From assembly GCA_964270895.1 (NCBI GenBank), contig OZ185437.1: a DNA stretch of 64,000 bases; one strand, 5' to 3'. The stretch comes from Podarcis filfolensis. Taxonomy: Eukaryota. The position numbers and the translations under genes were made by a program. Positions 1 to 15,109 of this stretch are shown here, piece by piece; within the stretch, counting starts at the first letter, position 1; each line of letters starts with the position of its first letter. The notes beneath the pieces were generated by a model. That model did no database searches. It was not told where the DNA came from and saw only the letters and a list, made by a program, of their open reading frames with translations.

Positions 1-107
1 GCTTCAAGAGACTTTTGAAATGGTCTCGCCTACCTGATTTGGAAGCACCTTTGCTTCCTTAACATTTCCTTGAGAAGTTCAGACTTCTGGAGAAAAGCAA
101 CTCCAGA

Positions 108-287
108 ATACGCTTCAGGTTACAGACTCCGCTAACCCAAAAATAGTGCTTCAGGTTAAGAACTTTGCTTCAGGATAAGAACAGAAATCGTGCTCTGGTG
201 GCGCGGCAGCCCTATTAGCTAAAGTGGTGCTTCAGGTTAAGAACGGACCTCCGGAATGAATTAAGTACTGAGCCCGAGGTACCACTG
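108..287. mobile_element. Tc1/mariner-like MITE, left end missing
   Basis: Right TIR GAGGTACCACTG followed by TA; body matches the copies at 37891 and 39163. Confidence 0.85.
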
Positions 288-1119
288 TATATAGCACATA
301 GCCAGAGTTCAAATTACTTCATAAATTCTCACTAATAATACTTATTATTCCCATGTTACAGAAAGTAGGGTTGGGTCAGAAAATGTAGAATTCAAGGTAA
401 CTAAGCAAATTTCTATTTGATATGAATTGAATCACAGGATTTTCTAGCACACCTGCTCTGCCAGTATTTGTTTATATCTTGACTTTCTTTCACTGAGCTT
501 ATAGCAGCATAAATGGTTCTCTCCTTCAGTCTATTCTCATAAAACACTGGGGGGTAAGTGGAGAAACAGGGATGGGTTCAATGCTCACGGTTGAGTGGGA
601 ATTTGACCATGGTTCTCCTAAGTCCTAGGTCCGACACTACCCACACGTCAGTTTTCAGAGGCACAGAACCAAATGACTGCAGTCTCACCCTTACTTGGAA
701 CCAATCTGCCTGATCACAGCCCTGGCGTTCCTGGTCACAGTTACATTTCTTTGTGCTTGTCTGAACTGACATGCTTGCTGAAGACATCAGCAGTACCCCC
801 TGAAGCCCCCTGCTTCTATTCTGGCCCCGAACAGCATTTCCACGCAATTCTTTGCCAAAAAAACCAGAACTAATTTTCTCCACCACACACCAAGATTATG
901 TGCAACACTCCCATCTGTTAAAATACTATGGTACTTCAGTAAACAGACCAGTAAACAGACCATCTTGTCTTTGAAAGCGATAACCTGCTTGCTTCTCCTG
1001 GTTCTGACTCCCCATATTCCCATACCCCTTTTTGGTTCCGTTGCCCTGTACGCCAGCCCATACAAAGATTAATGACTCTTAGCTCTTCAACTTTTAAACT
1101 GAAGGGTTTCGATTGCTTA

Positions 1120-1242
<123 letters not shown>

Positions 1243-2030
1243 TTAAAGAAAGGAAAAGAGGAGTTTGATATTTTATAACTTACACCCTGCGCTTTAATGT
1301 AAAACATCTTCAGGGCACCTAATAGCACAAAGTTAAAAATTTAAACGATATAAAATAGCACAATTAAACATCAGCATCACAACAAATGTAAAACAACTGC
1401 CCAACTGAAGCCAATAAGACCAGTTAATGATTACTATTTAAAGTCTCATTGATTTTGAGCCATTTAACACACAACTTCAAAATGGAGTCCTCAAATTCAC
1501 TACACTGTAGTTTTTTCAAAGGGATACAGTTCCTGAACTCGAAGGACATGCAGAGTAGAAAAACTGCCCTCTTTATTCCACACCTAGACAAAGCTCCTAT
1601 TGTATTGATGTGTTTCCCAGCTCACCAACCATTCTGATGGAAGTTGAAGATACTGAAAGATACTGGGCACAGTATGACTTGGGACCTAAATACTTGAAGT
1701 TATCCTGGAATCTGCTGATGGGGCCCTACTGAGAAGTGCACCAGTGAGTGATTGCAGCTGCTGTTACTATTATGGTTTTACCATTTCAATATTTGTCTGG
1801 TGTTCATGTTTTGATATTTATGATTACAGTTGCATTGAAGTTTATATTTGGCTGTGGTATTTGCCATGTAATTACTATATATTGCTTTGGGATCACTTTT
1901 GACATGACCGGCAGCCAATAAATCCAAGGAATTGGACACTGAATATATTCATGTTAAAACAGGGTGAGGTACTGACAGATACTAAAAAAGAATTAATAGT
2001 TATTTTTCAAACAAAAGGAAATAGAAGATT

Positions 2031-2606
2031 TGTGGAGAACTGTCTGGGATATTTTGTGGGAAACTGCAGTCAAACATAACTATGCATGAGTGCTGGTTAG
2101 TACATGAAGGGGTTAAGAACAGAGAAGTTTGTTCCTAGACTCAGGTCACACTTCTCTGATGTGGGAGGAAGTGAAGCCTTCTCTTCCTGTTCCCTCTCTC
2201 TGTGCCATGTAACTAGTCAAGAAGATTTGTCTAAGCAAGCGCCAAGCTTAGAGCATGTGTTTGATGCTTTCTGTATTTTCTACCCAAGAGTGTTCTGCCA
2301 GTGTTCTCCTTGCTGCTGCTTGGACAAATGCATGAATCTTTGGAACCTCTGGAACATTTTGTAAATAAAGTATTTTAAACGTACTTACCAGTGTGTAGTC
2401 AGTTCATTGCAAGAGTGGTAGAAAAAGAGGAACACTGTAAAAGGGTCTACCAACCTATATTCCTATTGATATTGCTGCTAGACTTTTGTGTGTTTAAACT
2501 CTGCTATTGGGGGCTCTCTTCTGCTACAGAGTGTGCAAAGCTCGATGTTTTGAATCTGGGCACCCAGCGGATTCTTTTGTTATTTACCCCCCACATGTGG
2601 GTCACA
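2031..2606 (+). mobile_element. Solo LTR (576 bp), antisense to MAN1A1
   Basis: TGTG...CACA termini, perfect 6-bp TSD AAGATT (2025-2030, 2607-2612), AATAAA at 2364-2369 followed by a GT-rich U5-like tract. Confidence 0.78.
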
Positions 2607-2859
2607 AAGATTAATATTTTCCTCCCATATGTTTAAGACTCATAAGCTGAGTATTTATCAGTATTTCCAACTAATGCACAAGGTGGGAGGGCACTAAGAA
2701 ACTAAAATCAAGGAGTTAGAAGGAATGAATAAGGACACTGTTAATGAGGAATTATTTAAGGAACTGGGTAATTATAAAATTCACATGAGGCAGAAAAATC
2801 ATTAATTTTTACTAGGCAAGCTTATTTTGAGTGAAAATAAAACACATTATTCAAATTTA

Positions 2860-3111
<252 letters not shown>

Positions 3112-4368
3112 TCAACTCTTCAGCATGTGGTAGAGCTTTATTAATTTACGTGAATCATTCATATAAGGTTAGTACTATGCCACAGAAATATTTTTGCCAT
3201 TTCTGAACTCCACTATTCAATGCTTGTGTCATTAATGCATGACAGTTTAGTGTGGAGGGCACAAATATTTTGAAAGCATCCCAATAAAACTTATAAAAAC
3301 ACACCTTCTATGACATTTATTGATATCCCTGTCCCTTCCAGGAAATAATGCAGAATAAAAAGGGCAAACTGGGGAAACAAAACTAGAAGAATGAATCTGC
3401 TTAAAAATTGTAGGCAACAATATTTCCAAGCTGAAAGTTGGGTCAAAGATAATGTTGGACTATGAATAGGCCTTATGTATGAACCACTCTAAGTTTTCTA
3501 GCAATATTGCTTTCTCTCACTCCAGGTTTTATTGGAAGAGGAAACATGTCCTTGGTGAAACTTTAGCTTGAATATTTAAAATCTTATTATTTTTTGAGTA
3601 CATAATGCCAATTGGTTGAAAGGGTTTATATGCCAACAGTTTAGCCTGTTTTAAATAGGCTCAACTGATCTCAACTAGAAGTCAGGTCAGGGAACACTCC
3701 TTCAGCCGAGATTCAGCAAGCACCCTCACTTTTGACTCTTAGGTGTCTCTTCAATATCTTTTTATACTGACAACTCTTGCATTGGTTTGAGTTCTTTTAG
3801 TCTGGCCCGCCATTTTAATTATTGTTTTGTACTGTTTTTAATTATTTTTGTGTTTTATTGAAGTATGCCGCCAGAGACTATAGCATATAAATACTTTAAT
3901 AAATATTGATCTGTGCTTGTTTCAAGTTCTAGGTAATTCAAAATTAAGCTCTCGCATGCACTGATCATACTTTGCAGCCAAAGTTGATACAAAAGTCTGC
4001 TACTTTTCCCTTTACTGGACAGTTTGGTGTAACTTGGAAGTTCACAAGACAAGTGTTCGTTCCTCTGGAAGCAGAAGCAACTATTAAAACGCTACTGAAA
4101 TCTACAATGTAGTCGTTAGTAAAGGCAGTTAAGTCCAAGACATAGGAATACATTTAAATCTGCTGGGAACATGTTGCATTTTTTTAGCTTTTTAAAAATA
4201 CCTGTAAAAACAAACCCTTTAGAAGTTTTCCCATTGATGTACATGGATATTGGACAACTGTGTACAATATCTATTGAACGTGTTTTTACAGAGGCAAAAT
4301 GATACATAATGCATGTGTGCTGAAATGGAGAAGCTTCCAAGTAAACTGAGTGGAACTGATTTCTAGCA

Positions 4369-4505
4369 CAGCCTTCTCCAATGTAGCGCCCTCCAGATGT
4401 TTTGGACTATGTCTTCCATCACCCCACACCACTGGCCATGCTAGCTGGGGCTGATGAGGAGTTGGAAGTCAACAACATCTTGAAGGCACCAGGTTGGAAA
4501 AGCTA
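4369..4505. mobile_element. Older relative of the 26084 hAT MITE
   Basis: Shared CCCTCCAGATGTTTTG core, degenerate TIR, TSD TTCTAGCA/GTCTAGCT (6/8). Confidence 0.75.
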
Positions 4506-4798
4506 GTCTAGCTTTTTACACGTCTGTCAAACTAACACAGGCACTCATTGGCTGATAGCCCACTACAAAACTTGCTACCAGTGTTAAAAGAGAGCGAGAA
4601 GCACTCTTTAGTCAATAAGAAAATAGATTACATCCTGTACCAATCATAGTTTCAGTGGTGTTGTCTAACTACACCAAGGACAGAAGGTGGTTGTCAAAAG
4701 CAGTTCTACAGCTTATCTTTGAATGCATGAATATACCACTCTGGGTCTTAATATCAAGGGGAAACTCCCCCTCAAAAAACTTCCCTCCAAACAACATA

Positions 4799-5025
4799 CA
4801 GTGGTACCTCGGTTTATGAACTTAATCCGTTCCGGAAGTCCGTTCTTAAACCGAAACCGTTTTTAAACCGAGGTGTGCTTTCCCTAATGAGGCCTCCCAC
4901 CACTGGTGCCCTTTCACCATCCGGATTCCGTTCTTAGACCAAGGTAAAGTTCTCAAACTACTTCCAGTTTTGCGGAGTTTGTAATCATTCGTAAACAGGG
5001 CTGTTCTTAAACTTAGATACCACTG
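4799..5025. mobile_element. Tc1/mariner-like MITE, reverse orientation
   Basis: TA|CAGTGGTACCTC...GATACCACTG; contains TTAATCCGTTCCGG. Confidence 0.85.
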
Positions 5026-5469
5026 CACTCTGCTGACTGTAATTTATTTTAACTGTTTTTAATACTAAATTTTAAATTGCTGTAATCTGTGTCATGTGAC
5101 AAAGGTATTTGAGAGCAGAAGCAGTAAAGGAGTCTAGAAATGCTGTGAAGTGCTGAAAAGCTGCAGAATCACTTAGCATGCTGAATCACTGTGAATCATC
5201 TTGAGGGTGACTCATTCTCTGTATAAGTATCGTACAGACAGTCAGTCCATCAGTCAGTGTGTATGGAGCCTGACTCAGAAGTGAAGCCTGTACTCTCTGT
5301 ATGCTCTGAAGCTAGTTTAAATCTTCTGTTCACTATGCTGTTTATTTGCAAACAAGTTTTAACATGGTAAAGCTTTTATTCTTTTACTGAATAAGACTCT
5401 GCATTATTAATTTACGCTGCAGGTCAATCTGCTCTGGGATCTGGTGGTGAAGGGCACGTAAAAATAATA

Positions 5470-5519
5470 GATGACCCTCGTGGACCCTTCCAACTCTACA
5501 AGTCTGCGATTCTGTGATG
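5470..5519 (+). mobile_element. CR1-type 3' tail remnant
   Basis: TAGATGACCCTCGTGGACCCTTCCAACTCTAC...GATTCTGTGA. Confidence 0.65.
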
Positions 5520-5671
5520 ACAAGTAATACAAATTCAATGCAGAAAAAGTAAAATGTATTAACTATGTTGGGGTGGGGGAAAGCAAAATGCACACCACTA
5601 ACCATCAATATAGAAATGGGCATGTTTTTTTGGGGAAAACCCTCTGGAAAAGAGCTACTCCACAAAGTTTA

Positions 5672-5899
<228 letters not shown>

Positions 5900-6124
5900 C
5901 TAGAAAAATGCAAAAATATTTTTGTATTAGAAATAGACGCTCAGCTGGAAGACATACTGCAGATCAGAAAGGGTACCAGAGGATGTTGTCATAGTTAACA
6001 AGAAGAATCAAGGAAGTTCTTTTGAGACAGGAAGGCTTCCCTCAGAAACTAGAAGCGTTGCCCAAATTAGAACAATATGAAAAACAAACTTGTACCAAAA
6101 ATGCTAGCAGACGGTAATGGTTGT

Positions 6125-6430
6125 AAAAAGGAAGCATGTTGCTAAAAACATTAAGACAAACAATAAAATAGTCTTTAAATACATCAGAAGCAGGAAACCA
6201 GCTAGGCAGGTGGCTGCATCAATAGAAAGCAGGGGAGGAAAAGGAGTGTACAAAGGAGTTGAATACATTTGTTGTGTCTGTCTTTACTGCCTGAAGTGAC
6301 ATTTTCAGGGAGCGATGTGAAGAACAGAGGCAAATAGTGACAAAGGACAAAATTCTAGGCCTTACTGACATATTTAAAATAAACAACTTGCCAGATCCAG
6401 ATAGTATCTACTCTAGCATTCTTGAACTCT
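6125..6430 (+). mobile_element. CR1 ORF2 internal fragment (degenerate)
   Basis: HVAKNIKTNNKIVFKYIRSRK..., later remnants resembling the K.PGPDGI motif. Confidence 0.75.
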
Positions 6431-6836
6431 CATGTGAAAAGATTTAGGGGCTTCTTAGTCTGCCTGGCAGCAGTCCCCCTCCCCAGAAGCGACTTCCATA
6501 GGTTGGTATAGTATTTCATGAAGAATGAGCAGCTGTCATGGCAAGGGCAGATTTCGGCACACACAGTATGTTACTAGTGTTTCACATATGCAGTGGCCTC
6601 TGTACAGCATGGGCTTAGTTGACATATTCGATTAAACTTTTTAAAAAGATGGAAACCCAACTTATTATGCTTCCCTTTAGCTGAGGGAAAGGGCTACATT
6701 TAGTACATGACTGCCTTTAAAAACCCACCATCTTTGAACAGTCACAAAGATACATTTTAGTCACAACAGCCAGTGAGGGCTTCATTCAGAAATAATAGAT
6801 TTTCAATATTTCGTTACTGCTGTTCCTTGTAGCCAT

Positions 6837-6854
6837 GGGGGGGGGGGGGGGGGG
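6837..6854. repeat. G18 homopolymer
   Basis: Direct reading. Confidence 0.95.
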
Positions 6855-7517
6855 CGGATCCTGCAAGGCAGGATACACATTCCGTCAACTAATGTTGTCA
6901 ACATAAAAGCTATTGAAAAATGTGCTGTCATGATGTTTTGAAACAGAATTGACACATGTTTAATAACCATGAAGGTCTGGTTCATGTAGGTCTGTGTGAA
7001 CCATGTAGGTCTGTGTGAGCAGTCCCGCTTCCCTCATGCCCTATCACACACCATTCCGAAAGGACCCTCGATCCTGGGAGCAGCTTCTGAGGGGAGGAGT
7101 TTGGGATATCCTTGGCATGCGAGCAGAGTCTATCTATGGGTCAAACCCATTACATTTACAAAATTTTTCTACTGCCAAGCATGGAGTAAATTATATGCTT
7201 TGTTAGTACTGTACCTCTTTTCACAGATAAATAGGCTTTGGCTAATCTTACAACTAGAGGGAAACTGGGAATCTGACCACCAGACACAGGTACATAATCA
7301 GTACGATGTGAAGACAGATGTAGGAGAAAATCACGGTCTATTCATAAATTAGGAACAATGACATTCATGTAAAGTAGATGAATATACTTAAAAGTTTTGT
7401 TTAAAGGAATACATATTCAATCAAAATTTATTGTTGAAAACATTTAAACAATCCAGACACTTAACATATGCTGCAAAGCCCCTTTCTTTAGAAGGTGTTT
7501 CATATTAGAAAATCTTA

Positions 7518-7706
<189 letters not shown>

Positions 7707-8491
7707 TTAAGTGTCTGTACACTCCCCACCTAATTTTAAAGATGAACTGCAAAATAACTCTTTGCACAGTAAAGCCGGAAACCCAAGAAATTATTTTAAT
7801 TTGTAACCCTGCGCACACTTATCTAGGTGTAATTGCCATTGAACAAAGTGAGGCTGACTTCCAAGTAGATATGCAAAGGATTGGGCTGCAAGCCATTATT
7901 CAGAATAAAAGTGCTCTACAAACAACACTTTTTGATAAGCTGATTATATATAAATCCAATCACTCTGTATTGTATTACTTCAAAATAAAGTGCTCTGCGA
8001 GCATGAAAGAATGTCAAGCATTTGGCATATTTAGCTGAACTCTACCCCTAACATAAAGTTAAAAAGTCCTCCCATTCAACCTGATTTGATGAACTCATTC
8101 TATTCTTTCTATTCTACAAGTGGGACTGACACATGGTTCAAATGCAATGCATACCGTCATCTGGGTTTAAAAAGGTGAACCAGTCCAATTTTAAGTTGAC
8201 TCTTTAGGTTTGATTTTAAGTCATGTTGTTTGATTTTGCAAGTTGATTCTCCTTTAGGTTAAATAGGAGGCAATGCTACACTTAAGAGTTTTATTGAACC
8301 TTTTAAATGAATATTTCTAGGATGATGAGATACATTTTATGCTTTCTTTCTTTTTCCAGATCATAGTGCATCTACCTCTTCTAAGGTGGCTAAATACTGT
8401 GCTGCTGCATGTAAATTAGTCACCAGGGACTAATTGTAACAAACATCATTTTGTTTTCCGTGTCTGGTGCTTTTATAGTATGATACAGTTA

Positions 8492-8706
8492 CAGTGGTAC
8501 CTCGGGTTACAGACGCATCAGGTTACAGACTCCGCTAACCCAGAAATAGTACCTCGGGTTAAGAACTTTGCTTCAGGATGAGAACAGAAATCGTGCAGCA
8601 GCAGCGCGGTGGTAGTGGGAGGCCCCATTAGCTAAAGTGGTGCTTCAGGTTAAGAACAGTTTCCAGTTTCCAGAACGAATTAAGTTCTTAACCCAAGGTA
8701 CTAGTG
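8492..8706. mobile_element. Tc1/mariner-like MITE
   Basis: TA|CAGTGGTACCTCGGGTTAC...AAGGTACTAGTG (degenerate right TIR). Confidence 0.85.
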
Positions 8707-10431
8707 ATTTTATTGTTAGGGCTCTTTATTTTGTTTTCCTTGATATTTTATATATTTGCAAAAAAATTCTCGTCATTGACCATAATGGCAGATTTCCTAA
8801 ATGTCAGTCATTGCTATGACTTCAATCACAGCAAAACAGTGAAAGGAAGAATAAAGTAAGTGTTTCACATAGCTAATGAGCAGAATACTGCTGGAGCAAT
8901 GTGCCCCGTATGGACCAGAAATTTATTTATATTAAATGAAATCTGGAAAATTGAGGAGTATGTCTATTCTGGGAGGGATGGGGGGGGCAGCTTTCCCTTT
9001 CACACCTATACCAAATATCCTGAAAAGAAAAAAAAGTCTATTTAACTTCATGAAGTTCTTCCTTTCCAAATTATGCCTTCAAAATTGAAAGGACAGACAT
9101 GCTTGTTTACTCTTTAAGGCTTAAAACCAAACAAGTAATATGGCCAACTTTTTCCTATTAAAGGTTTCACCTTTACAATGTGCATCTTTAACTATCAGCC
9201 TGTGACCTGGTATTTAGTTTTCTGAAATGTTACCTTTGCTCTCCATTTCCAAAGAAATGTTCTGTGATGGCAAGATAGAATTACGAAGAACTAACAAAAC
9301 AGAACACTTTTTTTAAAGTAAAGAAATACCTCATTAATTACGCGAGTGTCCACAATACAAAGAAGAAAGAAGCTTTTCTCAGAAGAATGAGTGCACTCTC
9401 TGTGATGGAAGGTTGATCTCTGAATAGCAGCATTTAAATGACCTTTGCAGTTTCCTAAATGAATTACCTCAGAAACTCTTGACATTTGCAGACTAAATAG
9501 CACAAGCAGAGTCTCATCAATAATAAGTCCTGCTATTATATCCATTATTGCTAGAGACAAATCTAATTGACCCATGACGCTGAAAATCACTTTCAATTTG
9601 CAACTGAAGTAACAAAGGCTAAATAAATGTACAGGAACAATAGCAATAAAATAGTTCTGACATTCGGAACTATAGTACTGCTGGTCTAATTGTAGTAGAA
9701 AATATTTTGCCTCACAGTGGCTATTGTTTCAGACTCAATATTCTCTAAGGCCCAGTGTCAACATTTTGGTGGTATTTAGTAAAAGGTAGGGTGTGCACCA
9801 GATTCAACCAAAGCCCAAAGTCCAAGCTAAATCAGGTTGATTTGTGTCCTGCCTAGAGTGGGTAGAAGCAGCAACAAATCACTACAGGGCAAATGGGCTT
9901 GTCCCAAAAATATTTGTACAGATTTACGCCTATCTGTAGCTCCAAACAGTCTCACAGAAAGCCAGGCCAATGTTTCAATTATTAATTACAATACCATATA
10001 AGAATTCTAGTGTGGAGAGAAGGGGATCTGGAGGAAGGGTAGCATGATCTCCTCCTACCAAACATTTGCTAATCACAGGCTTACAGGGATGAGCTGGACT
10101 TTGCTTCATGCATGCTGCAGGGCTACCTAGAAGGCTCCTGGTGTGTATGAGAAGTCTTAAAATGAGAAACACTTTTGGAAGTCCTGTCTCTTATAAAGCG
10201 TTTGATGGGTTTGGTTGCATTTCTTCAGCTTGTGTTTGTTTTTTCTCGTTTGTCACACAATCCCAGTTCCCTCGTTTGTTTGTTTTGAAATGTTTGCCGT
10301 TTTATTTTTTATTTTATTATCGTCTCATTGCTAAGAATATTACATTTTGATTATCTATTGCCAACCACAAACTACAAGAAGGATCTAGCTTGTGTTTTGT
10401 AGCCTAGAGGCGTTTTACCTTTTTATCTCTA

Positions 10432-11036
10432 CAGTGCTACCTTGGTTCTCAAATGCTGAAAATCTGGAAGCAAGTGTTCCTGTTTTCAAATGTTTTTCAG
10501 AAGCCGAACATCTGATGCGGCTGTCAGCTATTGTTTCCGGGGCACCTGTACCAATCAGAAGCTGTGTCTTGGTTTTCGAACATTTCGGAAGTCAAATGGA
10601 CTTCCAGAATGGATTAAATTTGCGTTTTTGTTTCGGAGGCTTTTTCGGTTAACTTGTTTTTGTGACTGTGTGGAACCCAGTTCAGCTACTGATTGATTGT
10701 GTGACTGCGGAAATGGATAAAAGCCCCCCATCCAACAATGACTATCATCAGTGCAGGTAAGAAAAAATAATAATTTTAATTTTTACCATCTACAATACTG
10801 TCTTATTTATTTTATAGTACAGTACATTGATTATTGCTTTCATTTTATAGATCAATGGTCTCGATAGATAGTAAAATTCATGTTAAATTGCTGTTTTAGG
10901 GTTTTTTTTAAAAGTCTGGAACAGATTAATCCATTTTGCATTACTTTCTATGGGAAAGCGCACCTTAGTTTTGTAACGCTTTGGTTTTGTAACGGACTCC
11001 TGGAACCGATTAAGTTTGAGAACCAAGGTACCACTG
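10432..11036. mobile_element. Longer (605 bp) composite Tc1/mariner-like non-autonomous element
   Basis: TA|CAGTGCTACCTTGGTTCTCAAA...TTTGAGAACCAAGGTACCACTG|TA. Confidence 0.8.
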
Positions 11037-11694
11037 TATTTGCCATCCAGCCAAACCTTGTGGCCACAGCCTACTGAATGCAATATTATCATAATTTATC
11101 AGCAAACACAGGAGCATGAGAAATGACATGATTGAGCACCGAGTCTAATTTTTTTAATTACTTTTTTTGAAAAGCAAATTTTAAAGGTGTACAGCACAAA
11201 AAGACCTGCAGCTATCCATCTGCAACTAGGCAGTTACTTCCCTCTAGGGAGAGGTTACCATGCCCCCAGTTTACATGTTTCTATGTCAAAAAAGCAAGTT
11301 ATTGTAGCTTTTATTCTGCAATGCCAGTCAATGTGATTTTGGAAATTTGTAAAATCAGATCGAGCCTGATCCAGATTTACAACCAGAGCAACAAATCAAA
11401 TAAACGTGTCTGCTATAACACTTTGTGAATTTTGAAATTTTGTATCGGTAAATCTTTTGTTAAATATTTATTATTAACAAGTAAAATAGATACATGTGCT
11501 CTCAAGATGACTGCTGCATTTGTAATGAACTGTGTCCCATTCACAAAACGAGTTCCACCTGCACAAGATAATTTCCCCTCCCTCTTCTCCCCCATGCAAC
11601 CCCCCCATTCTTTTCTGAGTGTTCCCAAATCCCTCCAGAGAGGGAGAGGAGACTCATTGTGCTTGCATTTATAAATTATGAAAATGCATTTCTA

Positions 11695-11994
<300 letters not shown>

Positions 11995-12726
11995 CTATGT
12001 CAAATAACAAAAACAATCATGGTGTTTCATATGCATACTTTTTGGTGTATTTTACATAAAGAATTTATTCTTTGCAAAAAGAAAAGAAATGTATGACTAT
12101 TCAAACTTAAGGGAAGCAACTCTTTCAAGAGTACTGGATTATATTCTAACTAAACTTCTGCTGACAGTCTCATGAGCAGAGTTTTGCTTTTGGGACACAT
12201 TCCACAGTGAAAAGGAAAGAGGAAAGAGAAAATGCTTTTTGTCAATCTTTCCTTCCCACTGCAGCCCCTTGAAAATCTGCTTGAAAATCATGAGAAGCAA
12301 CAAAATGGGAAGAGGAAATTGACAAAAATGCTGCCAAGCCCATACTCCAACCAGACCTTCTGCAGGATTCCAGTTGCCTATATAAACAGAAGCAACCTTT
12401 CTATTTGCAGATGAGTTGTTAGGATTCAAGCCATCATTTTATACTGGCTTGCACTCTCCCCCGTCCCACTCTCACACACAGCCCATACTGGGATGGACAT
12501 CGTCCAGAGCTATTTTGTGTAGCTAATTAATGACTTCTTGCTAGATTAGTGTTGAACATAGCTGAAAAGTAATCTGGTTCCGTAACTCCTCAATATATGT
12601 TTGAGAACCTATGGCTGCATTTGAACTTGGGTATTCAGTAACTATAGTTAAAAAATGCAAATAACCTGTGTACAAGCTGCTTGCTGTCCTAGCAATCCTG
12701 TTTTGCTGCTCCTTGAGCTGAGCAAG

Positions 12727-12905
12727 GAAACAAACCACAAACTGGTTGACTTAGCATTATATCCAAACCAGCCGTTTGTTTCACTCTCTAAACCCGAAGC
12801 CAAGGTTTGTTCTTAGTTGCAGATTGTTGTTTGGAGAGAGAGAGAGAAGCAAACCAAGAGTGCTGCTTTGGACAAAACATAAAGCAGCCCTTTGTAGTTT
12901 GTTTC
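12727..12905. mobile_element. Probable old MITE
   Basis: Inverted arms GAAACAAACCACAA / TTGTAGTTTGTTTC (13/14). Confidence 0.5.
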
Positions 12906-13653
12906 TACTAAGAGAGCAGAGAAGTGGAAGAGCCTGGGCTGGATGAACAGGCTAATTTGTTAACTGCTTATCATTATATACAAATGAAGCATATGTTTGT
13001 AATGCAGAATGTATTAGGGGCAATTATGGGTTGTGTTCCATGTTGGGCTATTACAAATGTTTCATCTGAGCAACTGTATCAGCTTGCCAGGCGGAAGGGT
13101 GTCCATCCCCCCCATGTGCTACTCTAGGGGATCACCCAACCACTTCAGCGTCAATTTCATGGGTGCAGGGGGCACACGAGGGGAGGCCTTACTGCAAAAG
13201 CAGCTACACAGGGCTTCCTCCGATGGGGTGAAATATACCTAATAAGCCCTATGTTTTTAATCGCACACTCAAGTTAGCTGGAAAACATTTCTTTTGAATC
13301 AGCACCTAAAACAGTCTGTTGTGCCATAACAGGCAAGCACAACATGATTTAGGGATGATTACTACCTGTGAAACTACTAATAAGCTGGATACAAAAAAAC
13401 CTAATGCACAGAAAATCCACACACGCTTTCTCTCCCTTGTTTGCCGTACAAGGTCAACCTCTAAGATACTTAAAATGTGCACACTTCTATCATCCTACTT
13501 TCATAAAACATTTGAAAGAAGTGCTGGAAACCAAATCATTTGTACTCTGAAAATAAGTTCAGAGGATCCAAAGAACAAAAATGGAGATATTCCCGACAAC
13601 TGGCAATTGTCACACTTCCAAAAGTGTGATGCAACTACTGGCAAAAACTCTTA

Positions 13654-13827
<174 letters not shown>

Positions 13828-15109
13828 TTACAACATCATGCACTATGTAGTAGCTTGACAAGAAAAATAAAAGCCCTGAATACTAAATGCTAAATGCAAT
13901 AAAAAGCCCCTGCTATGTAGCCTCTTATTTAATCACATTTGCATCTCTTCAATGTTCACATGTACTTTGCTTTTATTTCCTGTTAATGCTGTTAAGCAGT
14001 CAGAGCAGCACTTGCTTTGGAGTATGCCTAGTTCACAATACTTAGAAGAGCTGCATTACCAAATCATTTTTATGTGAACCTGAATACCCTCCAAAGAGTG
14101 CTGTTCACCTAAATTAGCTATTTGTAACTATAGGATGGAGCCAAAATAAAATGTATTATTCAGTTCCTTTTCAATATTAGCACATTTAACCTATCTGCAC
14201 TGCTTTGGTACTACTGCAAGTTGAGAGGATGCCCAATTTAGCAATAAGCTTGTTATACACAGCCCATGAAGGAGAAGGCTTAGAGATACTAGCCCTTCCC
14301 AAGCAGATCTTCTCTTTCTTCCAGAGTACCATACATTACTGACACATGCTTCCTTGAGTGAACTTGTCTAACAGCCTCAATCCTATGAAATAAGCCCAAA
14401 TTAGTTCAAAGGTGCTTATGCCCAATGGACGTTGACTCCTTGTCACACTTGGCCAGCTTTATGTGATGAAAACTGAACCAGCATCCATCCTTAGTATTCT
14501 CTTCCAGCTCTTGCATGGAACCTACTAGTCTGTCATCTCAGGCTAGTTATGGTCATGAATCAGTTATCCACATGAGTGAACTCTTGACGTGACTACAACT
14601 GGCGTGAAACCTGTATTTCTTTTCTTCAAAGGTGTGTGAAACCACTACGGCAAAAAATCCATGTAGTTTATTTTCAAAATAGAAAGTTGTATAAAAATGT
14701 AGTCTCTTTTCAAAACTTTAAACTAGGATATTATACTTCATGCTACACCTGATACAAAGCATGGGCTGTTAAACAAAGCATTGACCTTCCAGTGAAATAG
14801 AAACCAAATATTACATTAAAAAGCTTTCTGTGTGAATCTTCTGTTACTTATTTTACATTGTGGTTAACAATAAGAACTTCCAAAATAGAAAGCACCAAGG
14901 ATTTCTAGGTCCACAAGTTCAATACATGATTACTTTGAAATTTCTGATGAAAGAAATAAGGCAACCTCTTTCAAGAGTCAGCTGAACAAAATGGAATTCA
15001 GTTTTTGAGGCTTTGGGCAAAACTTGGTATAAAAATGATCCTGGCCAAGACCCTATTTTGCAACAAAACAAATATTCTCAGTATGCTTATATTACCATGT
15101 ACATCCTTG

